The position numbers and the translations under genes were made by a program. This document shows positions 44,929 to 52,597 of a DNA stretch of 64,000 nt, in pieces. Under the pieces are notes generated by a model that worked only from the letters and a program-made list of their open reading frames with translations, had not been told where the DNA came from and did not search any database. Origin of the DNA: an uncultured Actinomycetota bacterium. GTDB lineage: Bacteria; Actinomycetota; Actinomycetes; Frankiales; Frankiaceae. The stretch's first letter is position 1. The number at the start of each line of letters is the position of its first letter. The DNA lies in contig CAWITL010000010.1 of the NCBI GenBank assembly GCA_963839015.1, forward strand, positions 501,466-565,465, read 5' to 3'.

Positions 44929-45275
44929 CCACAGCGACCGTCCCCGGGCTGCCGGTGCCCCAAGACGTCGAACGCGTCGGCAGCAAGCTGCTCTTTGAAA
45001 ATGAACGGGTGCGCGTGTGGGAGCTGCGCCTCGAGCCCGGGCAGACCGAGGCACTCCACGAACACAAGCTCGACTACGTGATGATCCAGATCGAAGGCGA
45101 CAAGGTGGCGGGCGAGTTCGAGCCCGATTCGGGTGGCCCGTGGGGCGGCGAAAGCTACGTGGAAGGCGATGTGGCCAACGGGCTGGTCATCTTCGCCGGT
45201 CGCGGTGGGCGGGAGCGTGCGCACAACGTCGGAGAGCAGCCTTTTTACGAGATCATTGTTGAGCTGAAGGACTGA
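44925..45275 (+). CDS. cupin domain protein
   Basis: The GTG start is preceded by AGGAGG and forms a GTGA overlap with the ligase stop. The 116-aa protein has ERVRVWELRLEPGQTEALHEHKLDYVMIQIEG, a cupin motif 1-like segment. Confidence 0.65.
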   Translation: MTTATVPGLPVPQDVERVGSKLLFENERVRVWELRLEPGQTEALHEHKLDYVMIQIEGDKVAGEFEPDSGGPWGGESYVEGDVANGLVIFAGRGGRERAHNVGEQPFYEIIVELKD

Positions 45276-45927
45276 CCTGCAGCGCTCTCAGCGCGAAATT
45301 GGCCAGGTGGGCGGCGTCGGCCTTGCCAGGAGCGGTCCGAGCCAAGAGATGCGTTTCCATCAGTCCGACCGTCGCGCGGTAGATCACGTCCGCGTCGCGG
45401 GGCGGGTCAGCACTGACCATGACCCCGCGCGACACGCCGCCCTCGATCACCGTGGTGAGCAGCCCGACCAGGGCGGCTTCGGACCGGGCATGTTCGGCCG
45501 GAAATGCCTCCCGCAGCCGCGGCAGCCCCACCAGGAAGGGCCGGGTTCGGGCGGCCGCCTCCGGGTTGGCAGCCTGCGCCAGGATCCCTTCGATCCAAGC
45601 CCGCAGTCGCGCAGCCGGAGTGCGCGCCTTGCCGATCCGGTGGCTCAAATAGTCGGCCAGCCGCCGGCGACCGTCGTCCAGTAGCACCAGCAGCAGGTCG
45701 TCCTTGGACTGAAAATGGCGATAGAACGCCTGCGTTGACAACCCGGATTCGAGCAGGATGTCACGCACCCGCGGGTCGACGGTTCCCTCCCGAGACACGA
45801 CCCGGTACGTGGCCTCGACGAGCTGCTCCACCTCCTGGGTGGCAGCAGCAACCTTGGAGGACATGGACCTGGCGACGGCCCGGTCAACCAGCGACCCGCC
45901 ATCTTGTGGCTCCGCCTTCTCGGCCAC
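45253..45927 (-). CDS. TetR/AcrR family transcriptional regulator
   Basis: The HTH reads VRDILLESGLSTQAFYRHFQSKDDLLLVLLDDG. The GTG start directly abuts the upstream dehydrogenase stop. The 3' end overlaps the cupin gene by 23 bp. Confidence 0.8.
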   Translation of the reverse strand: MAEKAEPQDGGSLVDRAVARSMSSKVAAATQEVEQLVEATYRVVSREGTVDPRVRDILLESGLSTQAFYRHFQSKDDLLLVLLDDGRRRLADYLSHRIGKARTPAARLRAWIEGILAQAANPEAAARTRPFLVGLPRLREAFPAEHARSEAALVGLLTTVIEGGVSRGVMVSADPPRDADVIYRATVGLMETHLLARTAPGKADAAHLANFALRALQVSPSAQQ

Positions 45928-47001
45928 TCAACCGCCCACTCGGGCGTCGACCTCGTTGAGCAAGGGCTCCCCAGCCAGGTAGCGCCGCACGTTGTCACGG
46001 AAGAGTTCATGCAGGTTCGACCAGAAGCGGTCGGGCGAGGTGGCGCTGTGCGGGGAGATCAGCAGCCGCGGGACATCCCACAGCGGCGACTGCGGGGGCA
46101 GCGGCTCCTGCCGCGCAACGTCGATGGCCGCGCCGGCCAGATGCCCGGATCGAAGCGCCTCCCCCAAGGCGGCTTCGTCGACCGCGCTGCCGCGCCCCAC
46201 ATTCACAAACAGCGACTCCGGCTTCATCGCGGCAAAGAACTCCGCATCAAAAAGCCCGATGGTGTCGGTCGTTTCGGGGACGGCGGCCACGATCGCATCG
46301 CTGCGCCTCACCAGTTGGCGTAACCCGTCCGGCCCGAAGATCTCGTCAACGTCCGGATCGGAATCGCCGGGCTTGGCCGAGCGCCGCTGCCCGATGACAG
46401 AAAGGCCGAGCGCGCGGCCCCTGCGGGCCACCTGACGCCCGATGGCACCCAGGCCCACGACACCGAGGGTGAGCCCGGCGATCTCGCGCCCGTAGGTCGC
46501 TTCCCAGCGTCGCTGGGGAGTCAAGGCGTCGATCTCCGGAAGCCGCTTCCACATCTGGAGCAGCCGGGCGGCCACGAACTCGCTGATCGAGACCGCGTTG
46601 ACTCCGGCTGCCGTCGTGAGTCGCACTCCGGCGTCCGCCAGGCCGGCCGACACCAGCTGGCTGACTCCGGCCCCCATGCCTTGAACCCAGCGCAGGCGCG
46701 GGGCGACGGCCGTGATGTCGAACGGCAGATCCTGGGTGAGAACCACCTCCACCCTGCTGAACGCTGCGCGCTGCTGCGGGGTCAGGACGGGGGCGGCGCT
46801 GCGCAGATCAGCCGTCGGATCTGCTCCACGGCGGGTCCGCAGCTCGTGCGGATCGACGTAGCGCTCATCGATCACCTCGATCCGCGGATTCAGGGCTGCC
46901 AGCGTGGCCAGGTCCGCGGCCAGCATCGAGGGAGGCCGGGTCTCCCACTCAGCGGGATACATCACTCCCACGACGACCGGCAAAGGGGTGGGATCGGACA
47001 T
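45928..47001 (-). CDS. D-isomer-specific 2-hydroxyacid dehydrogenase family protein
   Basis: The NAD fold LGVVGLGAIGRQVARRGRALGLSV and the catalytic region NVGRGSAVDEAAL...AAIDV...EPLP..SPLW are present. Confidence 0.85.
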   Translation of the reverse strand: MSDPTPLPVVVGVMYPAEWETRPPSMLAADLATLAALNPRIEVIDERYVDPHELRTRRGADPTADLRSAAPVLTPQQRAAFSRVEVVLTQDLPFDITAVAPRLRWVQGMGAGVSQLVSAGLADAGVRLTTAAGVNAVSISEFVAARLLQMWKRLPEIDALTPQRRWEATYGREIAGLTLGVVGLGAIGRQVARRGRALGLSVIGQRRSAKPGDSDPDVDEIFGPDGLRQLVRRSDAIVAAVPETTDTIGLFDAEFFAAMKPESLFVNVGRGSAVDEAALGEALRSGHLAGAAIDVARQEPLPPQSPLWDVPRLLISPHSATSPDRFWSNLHELFRDNVRRYLAGEPLLNEVDARVGG

Positions 47002-47121
47002 GGGTGCTCCAGCGGTGAGCTTGAGGAAATCCGGCGACTACTACCGAACAGCATTCTGCGTCAGCGCAACAGGGTTCTGGCTCAGGGGTCGGCTGATCAC
47101 GGCGAATCAGAGTCGGCCCGA

Positions 47122-47862
47122 CTAGTCCTGGCGCTGGCCCGTCGCCGCATCGTTGAGCCGGCGGGTGAAGGTCCGAGCCGCGAACATGAGCGACGGCTGC
47201 AGCCTGGCCACGTCTTCGAATTCGAAGATCTCGATCCCGATCGCCCCCGCGACACTGCCGTTGGGGTCCAGCACGACGACGGCGGCGCCGTTCTCGGGTG
47301 CGTTCTCACCCCAGGAAAGGGCGATGCCAGCTCGCCGTACGGCAATGAGCGCCAGCCGCAGCGCGTCCGGCTCGACGATCGTCTGGTCGGTGAAACGCTC
47401 AAGGCCCTGGTCGGTCACAGCATCAAAGATGTCGCGCGGGGAGTACGCCAGCAGCGCTTTACCCATGGCACAGGCGTGCAGCGGCATCGGGAGGTCACTG
47501 AGGTCGGCGAAGGTGTCAATGCCACCGAAGGATTCCCCCGGGCTCACACCGAGATGGTCCAGCAGCCCCAGATGGACACGCCGCCGCGTTGAGGCGGCCA
47601 GATCCGACATCACGGGACGGCCAACCGCGCGCACTCCCCGGGAGTCCGTCGGCGCCCGTCTGTCGCCGGACCGCCGCTCCAGCGAATAGTTGCCGTGCTC
47701 ACTACGCAGGACCAGTCCCGATGCCACCAGCTCTCGCAGCAGCCGATATGCGGTGGAAAGCGGTAAATCGGTCACGCGGGCGATTTCGGTCAACGAGCGG
47801 TAGGGGGAACTGGAGACGACTCCAAGAATGGCCGCGACCTTACTGGTCACCGACTGGGTCAT
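47122..47862 (-). CDS. IclR family transcriptional regulator
   Basis: The N-terminal wHTH reads KVAAILGVVSSSPYRSLTEIARVTDLPLSTAYRLLRELV. A C-terminal effector domain is present. Confidence 0.85.
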   Translation of the reverse strand: MTQSVTSKVAAILGVVSSSPYRSLTEIARVTDLPLSTAYRLLRELVASGLVLRSEHGNYSLERRSGDRRAPTDSRGVRAVGRPVMSDLAASTRRRVHLGLLDHLGVSPGESFGGIDTFADLSDLPMPLHACAMGKALLAYSPRDIFDAVTDQGLERFTDQTIVEPDALRLALIAVRRAGIALSWGENAPENGAAVVVLDPNGSVAGAIGIEIFEFEDVARLQPSLMFAARTFTRRLNDAATGQRQD

Positions 47863-48085
47863 GGTTCGTACGGTGCCGACATATCCGCCCCCGCCCTAGA
47901 ACCCGTGACAGTCACGCTATTCCCGACATGTCGGCCGGTCCAATGTCAATCAGGCGACCTTGATGCCAAATCAGTATCGACCCGACACGAACAGTGAGGT
48001 AAGAACTCGATAGCGAGGCGATTGCGTTCTTGTTCCGGGCTCGTGGCTCCGGGACGGATGCAGTCCTGCATGCAGGCGGTGCCAG

Positions 48086-48970
48086 GTGGATTTACAACGA
48101 CTCGCACTGTTCGTGGTGCTCGAGGACGAACGCAATTATGGCCGCGCCGCAGACCGGCTGGGAATGACCCAGCCTTCCCTGACCCGCCACATCCACGCGC
48201 TCGAGAAACAGCTGGGCAGTGAACTCTTCGTGAGAACCCGCCCGCTTCAGCTGACGGAGGCGGGCAGGGTGGCACTTCGCCATGCCCGGGTCCTGCTGAG
48301 CCTGGCCGAGCGCGCCGAGGCCGACATCCGGGCATCCGGTTCAGGTTCGCCGAACTCACTACGGTGGGGGGTGCCGCCCACCGGTTCGCCGGCGCCCGCA
48401 CTCCTCATCATGCGCAAACTCCACCAGCACTGGGCTCAGCTGCGCAGCGTCATCAATCCGATGCCCTATTCCGAATGTCTTCAGTCCGTCATCGCCGGAA
48501 TAATCGACGTCGGAATTCTCACGAGCGCAGCCACGATCAACCCCGAACTCTTCGGTGTCGTTATCGATCGTGACCACCTCGTACTTGCCACCGCTGATGC
48601 GCATCGCTACACAGAAAAGGCGGGCGTCATCACGCGCGCCGACTTGGTCGATCAACCGTGGATAGCTCCGACCCCCGGCACGGCGGCTCCCGAGATCCAC
48701 GCGTTTCTGGAGCCTTTGCTAGCGGGAAAAAAGCCTGCGGTTGTTGAAAGTTCGTTACTGGCCAGCCTTGATCTGGTGGCGGCAGGGATCGGCGTCATGG
48801 TGCTGGCGGGCCACGCCGCCGACAGACAAACCGTGCCGGGAGTTACCTACTTACCGCTGGCGGACGCGCCGAGCATCGATATAGCGCTTTTTTGGCGGCA
48901 TGATCTGGAATTTGCCGACCGGATAATTTCCCCTTTTTTACCGTCATTGCCCGCTGCACCTCCGAGTTGA
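48086..48970 (+). CDS. LysR family transcriptional regulator
   Basis: The N-terminal LysR HTH reads LQRLALFVVLEDERNYGRAADRLGMTQPSLTRHIHALEKQLGSELFVR. GTG start. Confidence 0.9.
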   Translation: MDLQRLALFVVLEDERNYGRAADRLGMTQPSLTRHIHALEKQLGSELFVRTRPLQLTEAGRVALRHARVLLSLAERAEADIRASGSGSPNSLRWGVPPTGSPAPALLIMRKLHQHWAQLRSVINPMPYSECLQSVIAGIIDVGILTSAATINPELFGVVIDRDHLVLATADAHRYTEKAGVITRADLVDQPWIAPTPGTAAPEIHAFLEPLLAGKKPAVVESSLLASLDLVAAGIGVMVLAGHAADRQTVPGVTYLPLADAPSIDIALFWRHDLEFADRIISPFLPSLPAAPPS

Positions 48971-48989
48971 GCGGAAGAACGTTTCCGCT
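48970..48989 (+). terminator. short hairpin immediately after the LysR stop (weak terminator candidate)
   Basis: Left arm agcggaa, loop gaacgt, right arm ttccgct (7-bp stem). No T-tract follows. Confidence 0.25.
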
Positions 48990-49066
48990 GGGTGGCAGCG
49001 CTAGGGTTACGACAGCTAACTCTGAGTGCAATGTTGATGCCTCGCTGCCTAAACAGGAGGTAGATC

Positions 49067-49951
49067 GTGGCCGGTAACTCTGCAGATGCGGGAAGATCAG
49101 TAACCAGCAAGGTCGTCGCTATTTTGCTGACGTTCAACGATGGGAGCCTGCATTCGCTCAGTGAAATCGCCCGTATAGCCGACTTACCTACCTCGACGGT
49201 TCACCGCCTGGTGACCGAGCTCGCGGCATGGGGGCTGCTCGAACGCACCCCGGACGTCCAGTACCGCATCGGAGAGCCGCTGCGCAATATGGGCTCCCAG
49301 GCCCTGCAGGCGCCGAGCCTGCAGGAGCGCGGACGACGCGTCATGGAAGACCTGAGCGCGGCAACGGGCAGCCCCGTCCGCCTTGGCGTGCTGCATGGCG
49401 GCGCGGTTTCCTTCATCGAAAAACGCTCCGGACATCAGCCGGTGACGCCGGGAACACAACTTCGGCCACTGCCTGCTCACGCCTGTGCCATGGGCAAGGC
49501 CCTACTTGCTTTCTCTCCACCCGGTGTGGCTGAGGCAGTGATCGCGCGCGGACTCGTAGCCTGCACCCCCTACACGCTCACTACTGGCGACCGGTTGCGT
49601 AAGGCGCTGGCTGCGGTCCGCATCGCCAAGATCGCCGTCTCCAGGTGGGAATTGGCACCGGGCGAATCGTCCGTCGCGGTCCCGGTCTTCTACGGAGGGG
49701 GCAACGTCGTAGCTGCCCTCGAACTCTCGGTCCGCGACCTCCGCAACGACCTTCGCTCAGTGCAGGCGGCCCTTCATGTCGCCGGCAGAAGCCTGTCGCG
49801 CGAGCTCGTCACCAGCCAGCCATCGCGAGGTCCGACGCAGGGTGATCGGCGGCAGGTTATTCCGGCAGTCCCCGCAGCCGTAATCCCGGCTGCAAGGCCC
49901 GGCGAGGTCCGCATCAGCCACGCCGACCGGCGCCAGGTGCAAGTGCGCTGA
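49067..49951 (+). CDS. IclR family transcriptional regulator
   Basis: GTG start preceded by AGGAGG. The wHTH reads KVVAILLTFNDGSLHSLSEIARIADLPTSTVHRLVTELAAWGLLER. Confidence 0.85.
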   Translation: MAGNSADAGRSVTSKVVAILLTFNDGSLHSLSEIARIADLPTSTVHRLVTELAAWGLLERTPDVQYRIGEPLRNMGSQALQAPSLQERGRRVMEDLSAATGSPVRLGVLHGGAVSFIEKRSGHQPVTPGTQLRPLPAHACAMGKALLAFSPPGVAEAVIARGLVACTPYTLTTGDRLRKALAAVRIAKIAVSRWELAPGESSVAVPVFYGGGNVVAALELSVRDLRNDLRSVQAALHVAGRSLSRELVTSQPSRGPTQGDRRQVIPAVPAAVIPAARPGEVRISHADRRQVQVR

Positions 49952-49970
49952 GCCGTGGGGGGTTCGGCAT

Positions 49971-50465
49971 CTAAAGAACCTGGGTGCCGTACATCTCCCC
50001 CAGCGGATCGGCAATCAGCTCGAGCCGGGCCCCGTCGGGGTCGCGGAAGTAGACCGAGACCTCGCTGTGGACCTCGTGGGCGACGCCGGCGCGCTCCAAG
50101 TTCCCCACCAACGCGCGCCAGCGCTCAGGCTCGACAGAGATAGCGACATGGTGCAGCCCGCCGAGCACCTCCGCGTATGGCCCAACTTCCAGCCCGGGGA
50201 AATCAAAGAAAGCGAGCAGGTTGCCATTGCCGATGTCAAAGAAGAAGTGGGACGAGCCAGGGTAGTCACGGTTTTCGATGAGTTCGGTGAGTGGGAATTC
50301 AAGGACGTCCTGGTAGAAGCGCACGGTCCGCTCGACATCGCTGCTAATCAGGGCGGTGTGGTGCAGTCCCCGGGCGGATGAGGACGGACGCCGATCGCCC
50401 TCGCGCAAATGGGCGGCTCGGATCCGGTCGCGTTCCGATTGCAGCGCCGCTTGATCAGTGACCAT
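49971..50465 (-). CDS. VOC (glyoxalase/bleomycin-resistance/extradiol dioxygenase) family protein
   Basis: From the ATG at 50465, paired beta-alpha-beta-beta-beta modules are present: LHHTALISSDVERTVRFYQDVLEF ... GLHHVAISVE ... VYFRDPDGARLEL. Confidence 0.8.
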   Translation of the reverse strand: MVTDQAALQSERDRIRAAHLREGDRRPSSSARGLHHTALISSDVERTVRFYQDVLEFPLTELIENRDYPGSSHFFFDIGNGNLLAFFDFPGLEVGPYAEVLGGLHHVAISVEPERWRALVGNLERAGVAHEVHSEVSVYFRDPDGARLELIADPLGEMYGTQVL

Positions 50466-50536
50466 GTCGACTCCTTCGAGGTCTGGCATTCGTGAGCACC
50501 GGTGAAACCTGACTGACAGCATGCCCGGCTAGGCTC

Positions 50537-51361
50537 GTGGCGGAGCCCATGGCGACAACTTCCGAACACCCCGTCCCCACCGCCAGGCCGATGCCCGGCG
50601 CCACGGTCGTCTTTTTGCACGGACAACCCGGCGCCGGTTCGGACTGGGACGCGGTCGCGCGAATGCTTCCGGACCGAATTCGCAGCCTGGCGCCCGATCG
50701 GCTCGGATACCGGAGCAATCCCCGCCCCGCGGGTGGCTTTGACGCCAACGCGCGCTGGGTGGTGGAGGAGTTGGACGCAGCCGGCCTGGCGGACGCGGTG
50801 CTGGTGGGCCACTCCTATGGAGGCGGGGTCGCGCTGGCGGCGGCCGCCTTAGCACCCGAGCGAGTCCGCGGCGTGGTACTGCTGGCCAGCGTCGGACCTG
50901 AATGCCTGGACGGGTGGGATCCGATCTTGGCGGCGCCTGTGACCGGACTTATCTGCGCGGTGTCGGCGTGGTGGCTCACACCGTGGTTCGCCCGGCAGCG
51001 ACTCGCATGGGTGCGCCGGCGCGACCCCGGACCTCTGCTCTCTCATGAGCACCTCAACCTGGAGGCCTGGGGCAACGCGCGCCACGAAAACGGGGCCATG
51101 TGGCGGACCTTCCTGATCGAACAACGCGAACTCGTCCACAATCTCCACACTCTCGAGGCGCGGCTCGATCAGACGCAGGTGCCGGCACTCGTCGTGTCAG
51201 ACCCCGCCGACAAGATGATTCCGGCCGCGACCGCCCGAGCCTTGGCGGCGGCGCTTCCGCAGGCACGCCTGGTGCTCGTGCCCGAAGGTGGTCACCATCT
51301 CCCCCGGCGCAACCCGCAGGCCGTCGCAGCTGAGGTGACGCGGTTCATCGATTCGCTGTGA
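50537..51361 (+). CDS. alpha/beta-fold hydrolase
   Basis: VVFLHGQPG..SDW, the nucleophile elbow VGHSYGGG, and the C-terminal GGHHLP (catalytic His region) are present. Confidence 0.8.
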   Translation: MAEPMATTSEHPVPTARPMPGATVVFLHGQPGAGSDWDAVARMLPDRIRSLAPDRLGYRSNPRPAGGFDANARWVVEELDAAGLADAVLVGHSYGGGVALAAAALAPERVRGVVLLASVGPECLDGWDPILAAPVTGLICAVSAWWLTPWFARQRLAWVRRRDPGPLLSHEHLNLEAWGNARHENGAMWRTFLIEQRELVHNLHTLEARLDQTQVPALVVSDPADKMIPAATARALAAALPQARLVLVPEGGHHLPRRNPQAVAAEVTRFIDSL

Positions 51362-51668
51362 CGTCGAGGTCGATGACGAACTCGCCGATGCCATCGCCGT
51401 GCTCCCAGGCGCGGCAGTTCACCAGGCGCAGCCGGGTCTCACCGGGTGCCAGCGCCCGGAATGCCAGGTACCGGGACCCGGGTGCACCTCGAAGGTCGGA
51501 GGTCGCCTCGAAGCGGTCCTCCGTTGCTTGTAGCCGGTCCGAGTCGAATTCGGCCTGCCACCGGTAGCCGGTCGTCGGGTTCTCCGCAAGCGCGACGACC
51601 AGGACGTCACCGACGCTCAGCGTCCGGCGCCCACCGGAATCTTCCTGGGCAAGTTCCACAGGGCGCAT
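51345..51668 (-). CDS. chagasin-family cysteine-peptidase inhibitor (MEROPS I42)
   Basis: 107 aa. The hallmark NPTTGYRW loop, a GAPGS loop and an RAWE loop (RPW-like) are present in the expected order. No signal peptide is visible. Confidence 0.8.
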   Translation of the reverse strand: MRPVELAQEDSGGRRTLSVGDVLVVALAENPTTGYRWQAEFDSDRLQATEDRFEATSDLRGAPGSRYLAFRALAPGETRLRLVNCRAWEHGDGIGEFVIDLDVTANR

Positions 51669-51701
51669 TCAACCTGGCTAGAGCCGAACAATCGTGCCAT
51701 C

Positions 51702-52481
51702 GTGTGGCCAATGTTCAGCGGCCTGTTGGAAAGCGGTCAGCTCTATCTGAAGTTCGACGAGTCCGGCACCTCGGGCAAGCGACTCGGACGCAATATGTGG
51801 CTCGACGGCCGCAGCCTCGGTCACATGATCGAAAACGGCGTCCAGCAGATGAGCCAACCGCTGAAATCCCAGCAATACGAGCGGGTTCTCGCCGTCCTCG
51901 ACCAGGGATCGATCGGTTCCTGCACGGGTAACGCGGGAACCGGGGCACTGGGCACGCAACCGTTCTACGACAAGGTCGGCAAGCAGGCACTCCCCGCCGC
52001 CGGCGATGCCAAGGCGGGCGAGGCCTTCGCCGTCCAGCTCTACACCGACGCCACCGTCGTCGACGGCTATCCCGGCACCTTCCCGAAAGAGGACACCGGC
52101 TCGTCGGGCCTTGCCGTCTGCAAGGTGCTGAAAAAGCGCGGCACGATCAAGGGCTACCGCTGGGCCCGCACCCCTTACGGATTCCTCCAGCTGCTGCAAC
52201 ACGGCCCGGTACTGCAGGGCATGCCCTGGTATCAGGCGTTCTTCACCCCTGACAAGCACGGTTTCATCGATGCCGACCCCAACTGGTCCTCCAGCGGACT
52301 GGACGGCGGACACGAGATCGAGGCTGTAGGCGTCGAACTCGACACCAAGGACGTGTTCAACAGCGTCATCACCTACGTCAACAGCTGGGGCACCGGCTGG
52401 GGAGACGAGGGACGCTTCCGGATGCGACTGCGTACCTACGAAAAGCTTGAGGGAGTCGACCTCAAGCAGTACACGCTCTGA
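51702..52481 (+). CDS. papain-like cysteine peptidase (C1 family)
   Basis: The catalytic Cys context DQGSIGSCTGNA, the His context GGHEIEAVG and the Asn/Trp context VNSWGTGWGDEGRF are in canonical order. No signal peptide or long pro-region is visible. The start could be GTG 51702 or ATG 51711. Confidence 0.8.
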   Translation: MWPMFSGLLESGQLYLKFDESGTSGKRLGRNMWLDGRSLGHMIENGVQQMSQPLKSQQYERVLAVLDQGSIGSCTGNAGTGALGTQPFYDKVGKQALPAAGDAKAGEAFAVQLYTDATVVDGYPGTFPKEDTGSSGLAVCKVLKKRGTIKGYRWARTPYGFLQLLQHGPVLQGMPWYQAFFTPDKHGFIDADPNWSSSGLDGGHEIEAVGVELDTKDVFNSVITYVNSWGTGWGDEGRFRMRLRTYEKLEGVDLKQYTL

Positions 52482-52597
52482 CGGTAGGGCAGCCATCCGC
52501 GTGAGCTGTCCGGGAGGCGAGCGCCCGACACCCCCGTCTCGCGCTCGATTCGTCGATGGCCTAGCGTCGCAACGCACCCCGCCGGTTGGAGGAAGAC

